Source: the human T2T-CHM13v2.0 reference genome, Homo sapiens
DNA length: 64,000 bases
NCBI RefSeq assembly: GCF_009914755.1
Contig: NC_060931.1
Strand: one strand, 5' to 3'
Shown here: positions 41,839 to 60,092 of the stretch, one piece after another
Layout: the number at the start of each line of letters is the position of its first letter
Numbering within the stretch: position 1 is the stretch's first letter
Program-made: the position numbers and the translations under genes
Notes under the pieces: generated by a model
What the model was told of the DNA's origin: nothing
Databases searched by the model: none
Seen by the model: only the letters and a program-made list of their open reading frames with translations

Positions 41839-44159
41839 GTGGGAATGGTGACCCTGGGGATGTGCAGGGTGTAATCATATGCAGTGGCATTAATCTTTGG
41901 GGAGAGTCAGAATTCATTTATAGCCTGGTGGTGGCTAAGAGATGGCAGAATTATAATAACTGAGGAGGCTAAGTACTTAACATCAATTTGCAGGGCAGTC
42001 TCATTTTATCAGGAAAAGCAAGAATGGCAGAGGCAAGAATGCGATAGCTGTTCCTTGACATTGGAAAACCTTCAGCAAAACCCAGGGTTTGGGGGTTCCC
42101 CCTGGGTGTCTGAAATGTAGCATTCAGCACTAGCTCCAGCCTTTGGGCAGCTGTGGGGGCCAGAGACCAAGTGTGGTCCCTGGCCCAGGGTGGGATTAGA
42201 CAGCATAAGTGGTGTCAAGAAGTATATGTTAGAGTTAATGAAGAGTAGGCAGTATGTGGATCACAACTCTAGGGACCATCAAATAAAACTTCTTTCAGTT
42301 AAGGCATTTTGTTTACTGTTAAAGAAGACAGGACTCTAGGATGTGTCTTACTTTTCCAGAACATGTTACAAACTGATGTTTCTTGAGATTATGTTGGGGT
42401 ATGCTCAGCCAGTCTCTCTCACCGGGTTCTAGAGACAGCTGCTGCTGATTTTGAGGGTAAAAATCTAGTATTCATTGATCTGAACAGCTGAAAGCAAATC
42501 CCTTTTGATGCAATCAGATTGACTCAAAGCATTAGACATTTTCTCTCTGTGCAGACTAGGCTAAATGCCCTTGGATAGTCTGTTTCATGGGCTTAGCCTT
42601 AGCAATATGGACCTGGATTAATTACTCTGGCATTGTGTAAACTCTGTAACTATGTAGAAATAGTATTATCTCCTATCATATCTCTATGTCTGAACATTAT
42701 ATGCAACCTTCTGTTTATTATCACAGTAAAAAAGTCTGTCCAAATCATTGTATATGCATAATTTCTATTATGTTTAGAGGGATTGATGATTAGAAGTTGA
42801 TAGGAAGACATTATTTAATAATTACAAGAGAATGCATTCTTTAACAAGGATAATATACCTCATTAAAAATAAAAATCATTGAATTATTTCTCTACTGAAA
42901 CATATCAGTGTCAGAAATAACATGACCCTAAAGGATATCAGTTGTGAATAAAAGCCCCAAAGTGGGGATTAAAGTATTAATAGTCATGGGGGTAGGTATG
43001 ATTTTGCAGAGGTAGAAACTGAAATACAGATAAATAACTTTCCCATGGTGTCTGTTGTATGTAGTGAAGCCAGGATTAAAAAACTAAGGCCTATCTAACT
43101 GTGTTTTTTCATAATGAGGTACTAACTATGATACGAATGCTCCAAAGCTGTCAAACCACGAGAGGAATAATGTATTATACCGATTATTCATTCAGAAAAA
43201 CAATACAAGTACTTCAAAGTAGCAAGAATCTACTCTAAACACCATTTTCACAGGTATAAAGCAAAAATAGGATTTGATCTTTGAAAATATCTATTTTAAA
43301 GAATTTAGTATATTGTGCTTTTATATCAATTATGTACTGCCTTAAACATTCATCAAGTTCTGCTCTAAAATGCAGCATCTCTGAATATGACCTGCAGCTT
43401 CATATGCTATAGACAGAGTAGTCAGAGAAAGTAGAAAGCAGGGGCACCCATTGCCTTTGAAGAGTTTTCAGTGAAAAATTTAAAGAAAAAACGCTAATCA
43501 CAGACATAATGTAAGTATATGAATATAACTATTTTCCCCTAAATCTGAACATAGATAATGCAACATAAATCTCATGATAAAGAGCAATCTCTACCTTATA
43601 TAGCTTAGTGGAGAATTAGAATATAATTAGTAAATGTTGAAAATAAAGATCAACTATGTTGATGGTATTTTAAACCATTCAGTTCTGTATATCGACATTT
43701 TGCCAACACTATGCTAATTCTATGGCTCTCTTTTTGGCCCTGAGTTTACTTAGTATTCTCCACAGTATACTCTGACCTCGCAAATCAACATTCATGGTAC
43801 AAAACATTAAAAGTACAGAATATATTATTGTTAAGAAGAGGATTCACATGTAAAGATGACAATGAAAGTGTTCCTGGGGAAAACTAGCAAGGGAGTGGAA
43901 AGTGGGATGGAGAAGTAAAGTCAGTGTGCCAAATGTCATGGAATGTAACCTTGGCTCAGATCCCACAGGGAAGCTCTTGAGATAAGTCACATGTCACAGC
44001 TGTCTGAAGCAGGGGCTAGAAGCTGGAGACTTTATATGCCTACATCTATCAGACGTTGGTTACTTTTCCCAATTTCCCAACTACCCTTATGTTCAGGCAA
44101 GATGGGTTCTGGCAGCCTGAGGGTTGTCCGCAGACAAAATCTTATGGATTCTAGCTATT

Positions 44160-44625
44160 ATTTGATAAAATTGACATGTTCACACCTTATGCCCCAGCAA
44201 TTTCAATGATAGGAAGACATCCCAGAAAAATGCCTGCTCATGTTTATGGGAAGATGTGTATTAAAAATATGCAGAGAAGCAGTGTGTATTGTATAATAAC
44301 CCGAAAATGAAAACAACTTAAATGTCCATAAACATCATCACTGTTCAAAGCATATGCTACATTTTATATAAAGAAATACAATTTGAAATTCAAAGGGAAT
44401 ACACTTCAAGTAAATACACATGAAAGAAAAATCATAATGTTGATTAAAATAAGTCATAGAAGAATACATACAATGTCATTTCACTTACATAAAATCCAAA
44501 AACAGGTTAACAGTATATACTTTAGGAATATATGCATATATGATAAAACCAGAAAGAAACAGAAAGGCATGCTTTATTGAAAGTGAAGGCTATCGGTTAC
44601 TTCTAAGTTGCAGGGAGGGAGATGG
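44160..44625 (+). mobile_element. Old L1ME 3' fragment
   Basis: ccccagcaatttc...aaacaacttaaatgtcca...agaatacatac. Confidence 0.65.
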
Positions 44626-44950
44626 TGTCACAGGACCACCAGATTTGTATGCTTGCTGTGCAGTAACAGACAAACACACTGAGACAGCAGGGTTTGCAAC
44701 AGAGAAAGACTTTAATGATTATAGGGCAGCTAAGCAAGGACATGAGAACGACCGTCACATCCATCTCCCTGAGGAGTTCTGGGCTGGAGTTTTTAAGGGG
44801 ATTGTGGAGGGTGAGCGGCTGTAAAATTGGGGTTTTGATTGGTTAGGGTAAGAGTGATGAAATCATCTTGATGCGGAAACTGAATTTTTTGTCAGCTTCT
44901 CCTGGGGTACTTTGGACCAGCTGGTGTCAGTAATTCCACCCATATGTAGG
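44626..44950 (-). mobile_element. MER21-family LTR fragment
   Basis: tgtcacaggaccaccagatttgtatgc...gcagtaacagac...gagacagcagggtttgc. Confidence 0.75.
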
Positions 44951-45029
44951 AGCTATTGTAGATCAAGATATGAAGATAAAGAAGATCTAGCTTCTGAAAC
45001 GCAGTTCTATAATTAAAGAAGTGATATAA

Positions 45030-45265
45030 CGGTATAGGGACTTAGAGGGCCGACTATGACTTCCTAGGTTAGAAACATAGCTTGGCCACTTAAAAACTGA
45101 ATAACCTCAGTAGAACCTCATTGATTTCACTGAAAATCAACTTCCTTATCTATACCATGGAGGTAATAATGCTGACTACCTTATTCACTTTGTGGGGATT
45201 ACATAAGTTAATACATGTAATGCATTTCAAGCAGAGCTCAGAGGCAAGTGAAGCACTCATTAAGA
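45030..45265 (+). mobile_element. MIR
   Basis: cttccttatctatac...ataatgctgactacc...atgtaatgcatt. Confidence 0.65.
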
Positions 45266-45275
45266 AAACATTCTT

Positions 45276-45576
<301 letters not shown>

Positions 45577-46399
45577 TTATACATGATTTTGATTGCACTG
45601 AAAAAGGGTGGGCCAGTTGCACCTGTAAGAAAAATCTTATTAGTTTTCTGTTGGGACTACTGAGGGACACAGGATGGAAAAGCACTCTGAACAGACAAAT
45701 TGGCATGTGTGCAAAGCATTGAATTACAAAATAACAAGGGAAAAGGTGTTCAAGGGAAAGTGATGGAGAAGATTGTATGGGAGGTGGCAGGAGACACCTT
45801 GATATCATGTGGGGCTGTCTGATAAATTTGCATTTTGTCTTAGAGCTATCTGTAATTCTTAGGAGATTTTAAACATGGAAATAGCATACAGACTATTTCA
45901 CTAATAACCAAGTATGCCTTGTGGAGGATGAACTGAATTAGGACAAAGTTGTTAGCAAAAGACCACTAATAGCTGTTTCAAGTGAAAAATGTTGATGGAT
46001 TTAAGTAAAGCAGGGTAGAAGAAAAAGAAAGCAGATTAAACAGATATTTCTGTAGAATTAACTATACTCCATAACTGACTGACTTCAGAGATAGAAAGAT
46101 GCTAAATTATGCTGCAGAACAAGCTACCACCAAAATCTCACTGATTTACAAAAAGGAAGGTTTAGTTCTCACTAAGATACGTCCTGGCAGCTGCAGCATT
46201 CAAAATGTATTTGTTTGTTCATTACCATTTATCATCTCTTTCTCTGTCACTGTTGACAAGATAGAGATACAAAGTTGTTCAAAAATATTTCAGGTGTAAC
46301 TATGTATACATTTGTTACATGAATTATCACAACCTTAAATCTTTTATTTCTATTGTCTTAACCATTTTTGCCACACAGAAGCTATTCATATGACAATTA

Positions 46400-46712
<313 letters not shown>

Positions 46713-46764
46713 GACTTTTTTTGTGGCAGTGTCTCAAACAGACACAATCTGACATAATTTAGCA

Positions 46765-47065
46765 TGTTTTCTTTATTTTTGACACAGGGTCTGGCTCTGT
46801 TGCCCAAGCTGGAGTGCAGTGGTGTGATCTTGGCTCACTATAGCCTCTGCCTTCTTGGCTCAAACAATCCTCATGCCTCAGCCTCCTGGGTAGCTGGGAT
46901 TACAGGTGTGCACCATCAGTACCTAGCTATATTTTTTGGTACTTTTAGTAGAGATGGGGTTTTGCCATGTTGCCCAGAATGGTTTTGAACTCCTGGGCTC
47001 AAGCAATCCTCCTCCCTCAGCCTCCAAAATGTTGTGATTCCAGGCATGAGCCACTGTGCCTGGCC
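46765..47065 (-). mobile_element. AluJ with TSD cataatttagca
   Basis: TSD at 46753-46764 and 47066-47077; ctcctgggctcaagcaatcc. Confidence 0.93.
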
Positions 47066-48111
47066 CATAATTTAGCACTTCTATCAAATGCAATTATGAC
47101 ATGAAATATTTCTGGTTAACAACTGACAATGTAACTAATACAATAAGTTTTATTTACATTTTATGGGCAGATTTTTTTTGGTGCATTCTGTAGTCATGAA
47201 CAAATTAAATGGTCATTATCCTCATGGAGATTCTAGCAAAAAGCAAATTATAATTACCCACATTTTCATACCCAGCTAAGAGTCCTAGAAAGCCTCCAAC
47301 CTGTTCTAGCCATTTTCTCATATTTGTACAGCTGCAAAAAAAATATTTTTGAGTACATTATGTGAGCTAAATTGTATTTCAGGTGGTAGAGACTATAGAT
47401 AAATATCCTCTTTCATACAAACTAATCCTTTCATTTTGATGCATTATTTTTGAGGTTCATATGAACCACAACCACATCACTTGAATTGATGTATTGGAAA
47501 TGTGATAAACATTGTGTCCAGACTGTATTTGCTATTTATTAGAACTTACCTCTCCTTGTATGAAATTAAGTATTTGTTTTAGATCAATTTCTTTGAGTTG
47601 CTTTCTTTTTTCTTTTTTAAGTGAAATAGAAAATGAAGTCTGTAGAATCTGGGGACCTTCCCTTGACTAAAAATGAGTTTCCATAGTATTACCATAAAAT
47701 CTATGGTAACCCATTTCATACTGAAAGATTCTTGATTGCTTACCTGTTGATGTCATTCCCTAGGTGACGTCTCCTTAAAGACATTATTGTATCCCATTTT
47801 TATTTGTATACACAGCATCTAACATCATGTCCAGCATAGAATATGTGTCTAATAAATGTTGGTTGGTTGAAAGATAATTTTCATCTGCAGTTTCTTTATG
47901 CACATTCGAGTTTAGTATCTTCTGAATTATTGTTTTGTTTTATATATGACTTACATGCACATTAAAGTAAGAAATTTTCCAAAGAGCTTGAGTAGCGCTA
48001 AGATTGGTCATTTTCAAGCATATCAAAAGACAATGAGTGAAAATACTGTAGCTATACTTTATTACTCTGCAAGCGTATGACTAAATGCAGCTGACTCCTC
48101 CACACAAAATT

Positions 48112-48350
48112 ACCATAGTGGTTAAGAGTGAGATTTTAGCCTAATACCTAAGTCTGAACCTTTCTCTGCTGCTAACTCATTGTGTGATTTTTGTGCAAAT
48201 TACCTACATTTCTGGACCTCTATCTCTTCACTTTTAAAATGGGGATCACTTTGATAATTGCACCTATCTCACAGAGACATTTTCAAGATCGAAGGAGTTT
48301 AATAGTGTATAAAATTTAGTAAAATTCCTGGTACATCATAATTGCTATGA
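48112..48350 (+). mobile_element. MIR
   Basis: atagtggttaagag...tgtgtgatt...aaaatgggga...cacctatctcacag. Confidence 0.75.
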
Positions 48351-49415
48351 AAGATTGGTTATGGGACTCAACAAAATCTGTTAAATAAAAAAAGTATGAA
48401 AATATGAAAATATATAATAACATAGTAACATACTACAATTATGAATATGGACTCAGTTCTAATTCTGAATAGTAGGGAATGCATTTGGAATTATTAGTAA
48501 CTAATATGATATATTCTTTTGTAATAACTATATTTTTCCATGCTTAGGTACTGATCACTCAGGATTCTAGTTGTGAATGATAGCAGCAACACTAGCTATT
48601 CAAACAGAAAGAGATTTATTAAAGGGACTTTTTTACTGAAGTTTCTAGACAGCTACAATCAGATTTGAAATGCCACCACCAAGAACAACACCTACATCTC
48701 CCCAGAGCTCCTCAGTGAAGCCAGCACTGCTATACCCACTGCTGTAGATGCCTGATGATTCTGGCACTGCGTGCCAAGCTGCCCGGGGTGGCCTGGGAAG
48801 ACCAGCTGGCTCTGACCCTAGCCTTGTCAGAAAATCAGTTTGGCACAGAAATTGCTTTATCTCTCTAGAACCAAAGTCTTGTGTTTTTCTTTCTGTTGGG
48901 CATTTAAGTCAAATACCTCTACTCTAGCTGCAAGGGAAGCTGAGAAAATGAACTTCTGAAATTCCCCAAAATATGCAGGTTGTTCAAAGCTGCTCCCTGG
49001 CCACCAAGGTGTCCTCAGGCACAGAGACATTAACTAGAAGAGGATTCCTTGAGCGCCACAAATAAGAACTTATGGGGCCTTATTTAGTTGACAGGGGTGA
49101 ACAGTACCTGGAATATCAGTTGTAAATGTAAGGAGAATTCTCACATAGAGTTTAAATTGCTTAACTATATTCAATTATTTCAAAAACATGAAACGAATTA
49201 TACTAGATATAATCTCCCATAGGATTTACTGAGGAATACAGAGAAGAGTAAAACACCCTGCTCTGATTCTTACAGTGAGCAAAGAAGGTGTCAGGAGTAG
49301 AGAATTTTTTCCCACATGCAATGTGGGAAAAGTATAAAGTACCCTACAGATGCATTGAAGGAAACTCCTCTCTTTAGGAAGAATAAGGAGAGTCTGAATT
49401 GATTTGCTGGTTAAG

Positions 49416-49820
49416 TGTATTGGTCTGTTTTGCATTGTTATAAAGAAATACCTGAGGCTGGGTAATTTATAAAGAAAAGAGATTTATCTATACAAGCATG
49501 GCACCAGCATCTTCTCAGCTTCTGGTGGAGCCTTAGGAAGTCTTTACCCTTCATGGAGGATGAAGGGGTGCAGGTACATCACATGATGACAGAAGGAGCA
49601 GGAAAAAGGAGGAAGTTTCAGGCTCTTTTAAACAACTAGCTCTGACATGAACTAATAGAGTGAGAACTCACTCAGTACCAAGAGGACAGCACCAAGCCAT
49701 TCATGAGGGATCCACCCCCATGATCCAAACATCTCTCACTAGACGTCTGAGACCATCTCCAACATTTGTGGCCACATTTCCAGATGAGATTTGCAGGGGT
49801 CACACATCCAAACCATATCA
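49416..49820 (-). mobile_element. Solo MSTA/B LTR (MaLR)
   Basis: tgtattggtctgttttgcattgttataaagaaatacctgaggctggg...catccaaaccatatca. Confidence 0.9.
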
Positions 49821-50469
49821 TTGACCAAACATTTATTGAATTTCATATTACCAATGAAGGTACAAATTAAGTAATATATGTTCCATGGAATTATTAAACT
49901 TTCTCCACATGTTGAAAGATTTATTCAGGCATAAAAAGTTTCTATTTCCAAGAAAGGTACGTAAGTGGAAATATATAGAGAATTTTCAGGGAAAAATATG
50001 CTTTTTAATTTGACTAAAAAGTTGGTTAGATCCAGAAATATGGTGGGTTCTTTGTGAATGCCATAATAAAGAACTGAGGCATGACACTCATTTTATTATT
50101 TTTAATTGTTTTTCCAGAGAAGAGGCTGACATGGTTAAAGTGTGTTGTTAGGAGATTTCCATTGTCAATGTGGTACAGATCAAATAAAAGTGAGAAAGCT
50201 CTTTTATTATACCAAATAGCAGATACGGTGAATTTTAAATGCTTCATGGTAAAGAGAATAGAGTGGAAAGTGAGATGCAGATGACATAGATTCTATGGTT
50301 CTAGAATAAAATTATTAATTTTAATGAATGTGTGGAGCAAGACAGATATGAATCTCAGTGACCATGCTGGAAGGACTGTGGTGTTATTTACATCTATAGA
50401 AACATGATGGAAAACACATTCTGGAATTTAGAAAAAAATTTAGATAGAATTGTTGTGTTGAATGAATTA

Positions 50470-50835
50470 TATTTGTTTTCTGTTGCTGGATAAAAAATTA
50501 CCATAAATTCAGCAGCTTAAAACAACACCCACTTATCAACTCACAGTTCTATAGGTCAGAAGTCCATGTGGACCGGACTGCATTCTCTGATATGGGTATC
50601 ATGAGGTGGAAGTGGATGTGTTGGCCGGACTAAGGTACTTGGAAGCTCTGGAAACAGTCTCCTTTTAGCGCATTCAGATTGTTGACAGATCAGTTTCTTG
50701 CAGCTGTAGAAATGAGGTCTCAGTTTTCTTCAGCAATGGAAAACCCCCCTTACATCAAATCCCTGTCTTGATTTCAGTCTTTCTGATTTCTGCTTTTGCT
50801 GGCAGTTTAGAAAATCACTGCTTATTTTATTAGAT
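50470..50835 (-). mobile_element. MLT1-family LTR, interrupted by an MST LTR
   Basis: ttaccataaattcagcagcttaaaacaacac...ctcacagttctataggtcagaagtcc. Confidence 0.75.
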
Positions 50836-50839
50836 TAGG

Positions 50840-51219
50840 GATATGATTTGGCTATGTGTTCGCACCCAAATCTCATGTTAAATTGTAATTCCCAACGTTG
50901 GGGGAGGGACCTGGTAGGAGATGATCATGGGGGGCAAGATTTCCACCTTGCTGCTTTTACGATAGTGAGTGAGTTCTCAGGAGATCAGGTTGTTTAGAAG
51001 TGTGTAGCACATCCTTCTTTGTTTCCTGTCTCCTGCTCCACCATGGTAAAACACGCATGCCTCACCTTCACCATCCGCCATGATTGTAAGTTTCCTGAGG
51101 CCTCCCAGCCCTGGTTCCTGTATAGCCTGGGGAACTGTGAGTCAATTAAACCTCTTTTCTTCATAAATTACCCAGTCATAGGTAGTTTGTTTACAGGAGA
51201 TTGAGAACAGACTAATATA
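50840..51219 (+). mobile_element. Solo MSTB-like LTR (MaLR)
   Basis: gatatgatttggct...cccaaatctcatg...gagtcaattaaacctc...gactaatata. Confidence 0.88.
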
Positions 51220-53819
51220 AATAGGCTCTTCAGAATACTTTCTCTATCATAAGGTCAATTGATTACTAGACTTAGACAAATAGTGTGCAGCTGGAAGTGC
51301 TCTCTGGAACTTGGAAGAGGATTGAAGTAAGAGATATACTCTGAAGAGTGAATTATTCCAGTAGTGCTATGAAGAGAAGTGACTGACATAATCAATGAAG
51401 ATTATATTGAGAAGCAAAAGTGAAAAATCTGAGATCTTGCAGGTAAAAAATAAATAAATAAATAAGTCTTAGTGAAAAGATCTCAATTTCATTTATGGGA
51501 GTAAATGCCAGGAATTGAGAGCGGGAGGTAAAATATGTATTGTTAGACTTGAGGAGGTCATGATTCTTGAAGTGGAATGAACGTGCACGTCTAAAACACC
51601 TAAAAGTAACGGGAAAATAAAAGAAATGAAGAAAGAAAAGAATAACTTCCCAGATATCTAGCAAAAGGGAAGCAATAGAATACACCAGCTGAGGGACTTG
51701 TAAGGAACACATCATCTGAGGAAACGTTCATTGCAGTAAAATGAGAAGATGGAATGTGAATAAGATAAAAATGCAAATTATGTAGAAAGCATAGTTGCAA
51801 GAACACAGGGTGGACTAGAGACAAAAAGGGCTTAGGAGGTAAAGAACAATCCCCTAGTGCACATAATCTCTTGTTTTCATCTCTTTGCCTTGGATCACGG
51901 GCCAATCATGACAGCAATGGTGCATTTTCATCTTTGAATCCATGACACATTGTTGGCCCTCAATAAATTTGCATTAAACAAATGAAAAGCAGGTAACCAG
52001 AAGCGATCTGTGCCTACAAGAGGAGCTGTGTGTGCCAGGAATTAGTCTAGCAGGAGCTTGGTAGATTATACTTCCTGGAAATATAGATGCATATAATTTT
52101 AAAGATATAATCATGAAATATTAAAAGAATTGTAAAAGTGGCAGTGAATTATTTAGAAACAGTGTCCCTGCATGCATGATACAATATTCAGATGTGTGTT
52201 AAAATGTATGCTCCAAGGAAAGTCTTGGTATAGTTTTATGTGCGCTGCATATTTTCAAATAATGCTGGAAAGCAGTTTAAAGCTTTTGAATTTCTTCATC
52301 CCGTTTTCCTGTCTCCTTGTAGAGCTCCCTTTGATTTCAAAGGTGCTTCATTGCTAGAATGAGAAATAGGTGGTAGGAAAGTTTAATTCTTTGAGGCTAA
52401 AGTTTGAAACAGTTTTTCATTTACAGATAAAAATTCTACCTTTGGACTTCAGCATTGTTCAGTTTTCCCCGAGATAAATCCGTAGAAGTAGCCTACACCT
52501 GCCTACACCTTGTGACTACATCTTCAGATTATATATATGCAGGCACAGTTTTAGAAATGGGCTGGCAAAGGAAGCAAGAGGGAACAGAAGATAAGATGCT
52601 CCCCTCCTCTGTAAAAGAGATACTGTAATCATATGATTGTGTTTTTAGCCACCGAAAGCAAAAACCGACTGATATTACCTTTAGATGCTAATGATTTATT
52701 TGATAGAAATACATTTTTGCTTTAAGCTTATTGATCATGCTCATTTATAAATGTAAATTTATTCTGTCATCAGGATTCCAAATCATTTAAAACCTACAAA
52801 TATTTATTGAATGTTTCTTGCTAAACTCTGTGGTTGGTTTTGGGAGGATGTGTAAAATCCAACACTTGATCTCCAGGGATTTTCATCACCTAGGAAGGAG
52901 AGATAAATACATTTTCTTTTTGAATGGAAAACTAACATAGCAAAAGAAACAAAAATGCTATAAATATTCAAAGTATGAGATGTTAGTCCTATCACATCCT
53001 TTGTTGTATGAGGATAAATATAAGTAAATATAAAAACACTTATATACATGGCAGATATCACTTGGTATTAATTCTCCTTCAGCTCTTGGAAAAATAAATC
53101 TTATTGAAGAGCCCTATAAACACCACTTCTCACTACACTTACTGCATAATTTTAGAAAGAGGTTTAATTAACATGAAATAGCTACACTCAACTGGTCTAA
53201 AGCAGCTGTGTAGCGTGAAAGTCACACAAAGCCCCAGTCTCAATGATGTATTCCTCTTCCCACCTCAATCATCATAATCCACTTTCTGTGGTACTCCAGT
53301 AAGTTCAGGGAGGCTTTCTTTCAATACTGCAAGTCCTCATTGTCCTCCTCTTAATTCTCATACCTTTTCATTTCAGAATTCTCTCTTGGATCTTTGATAG
53401 TACTTGTACCACCTACTGGCTCAAACATTTATTTTAGTTGCTCTGAAAGCACAGGAGGCGAACAAGAGGCAAAAGTGGAGACTTTGGGCATAGTGGCCAT
53501 TGGGTTTGTGGCAGATTTTTCTGGCCCATCTCAGTAAAGAAAGGAATCATAGTGTTTGGGGTCTTAAGGAGAGGACAAGGAAGATATGAGCCAGGTATCA
53601 GCATCAGAGAGACCATATGGCCACTGAAATCTCAAACTGGATCATAGCATACTGACAGTGCTTACATGGCCCGCATTCCTTGAATTCTGAACCCTCAAGA
53701 TGATGAAACATGGAGAAATAGCTGATGTAAACTTATAAATACATAAATCATTAGGCATAGGGTAGGCCTCTATAAAATTGATAGTTGAATTGTGACTCAT
53801 CACTTGGGATTGGTGGGTT

Positions 53820-55085
<1,266 letters not shown>

Positions 55086-55194
55086 TTTGATTTTATCTAA
55101 TCTATAGAGAGTTGGTATTCTGCCATGAAAAGTAAGTCTTTCAAATTAATGTCCTTAAAATGCCCTTCATCTGGTCCAATCAGAACAGAGTAGG

Positions 55195-55460
55195 AGAAAA
55201 CAGTGCTAGAGACACAGATTCTCAGTTAGACTTTCTGATTTAAAGGCCCAACTCCACCACATGATGGAGTGTAACCTGAATGACTTAGTCTCTCTGTGTG
55301 TGTTTCTGTTTTATCTGTAAAAGTGGTATAATACTAGGACCTACCTCATATAGTTCTTATGAGGATTAATTTGGATAATATTTTTAAAAATGTTTGGAAC
55401 AATGCTTGGCAAACGAAAGCAACATAAGACTGCCCCTTAAATGAAAAAATGAATAAATAA
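55195..55460 (+). mobile_element. MIR
   Basis: atctgtaaaagtgg...acctacctcatatagtt...aacaatgcttggca. Confidence 0.7.
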
Positions 55461-56929
55461 ACAAAGTTCCTCAAGTTTTAAGTACATGTAAAAAGCTTTT
55501 GTGAGCTAATATTTTATAGCTATTAAAATTATACAAATGGTACACATTTATTATAAAACATTCAAGTTGAATAACTGAAATAAATTACTCATAATCTTAC
55601 AATCTGGTATTGATAGTATTTTAGCGTATTTTTAAAATTTTTGTACATCAAATTAGAATCTTACAGTTTAACTGTATATTCTCATTTGTAATGGTATTGT
55701 CTTATGTGGAATTCTATAAGCATTATTCCATAGTCTTACATATTTTAATAATATATTTTTTAACTAATTCCTTGTTGCTAGATTATGAGCTTTGTTACAT
55801 ATTTAGATAGGTTCCAATTTTGTCACTTTTTATGATGCTGTAATAAACATTCTTTATGAAAGTCTTTGCCCACTTTTGGGGTGATGAGAGCACCTGGAAA
55901 TGAAACTGAGAAAAAGAGAGGAACATGTAAATTATTTGATCAGTAAATCTATAAATATTATGCCAATTTACATTTGCAGTATCATTATTACCTCTCATGG
56001 TGACAATGTAACCGAATTTTACCAAGGTCAATTTTCCTTACCTAACCCACGCTTTGGAACCAGCTGAGCCTTCTCTCCTCCAGGTCTCTTCCCATGACCT
56101 CTTTTCCCTCCCTCTACTTGTCTTTAGTCTTCTCTCCTTTGTCTCTCCATCTCTGTATTTTCTTCTTTTCAGTCCTTTTTATCTGATTCTAGTTGCTGCT
56201 AAAAAAATATATATGTCTCATGAGGTATGTTCTTCCCAACACTCATAGACTTTATTCTAACTTCAGAGTAATGGCTGTCTGCCCACTCCTTCCTTTGTAA
56301 GTAAGAATCTGTGACTTGAAGAATCACATTTTTTCACTCTGGCATAGTACATTTGCTAGTGGTCTTAATAATAGTGGGCCACTAGAAAAGTAAGTTTTAA
56401 TTGTGTTTTTAACTGTGGAGAAATGATAAGAGATGTCTTCGAAAATAGCAAAATTATTGATAGGATGTTTCTGCTGCAGCCTACAAAGTTAGTTACTTTT
56501 CACTGGAGACTGAGTTTATTACATGAGCGGCCTGTCTTAAGTTTCTTGCCATCTCTCAAGCACATTCTCTAATATAATTTATTCATTGAAGCATACAACT
56601 GTGTTTCTGCCTTAGGGCTTTATTTTCATCTCCTCACAATATACAAAATTAAACCCCAAAGACAATAGCATTATATGTTTCAAATAATTCTTCAATAGAT
56701 ATTTGTAATTTATATTTCATGCAATATAACAAGATGCTGTGCATTGATTGAGAGCACTGTAGAGAATGTAAACTAAACTGTAAAATGTGTCCAGAATATA
56801 TTTCAACTAAGATGGTTTTATCAGTCTAAACTTAAAATGTGTTTCAAAAATCCTGCAATACCAGGATTCTGCATCTATTGTGCTGATTTTGCTCACTTCT
56901 GACTTTGTAACTTTTTCTGAAGGAATCAC

Positions 56930-60085
<3,156 letters not shown>

Positions 60086-60092
60086 AAACTTC

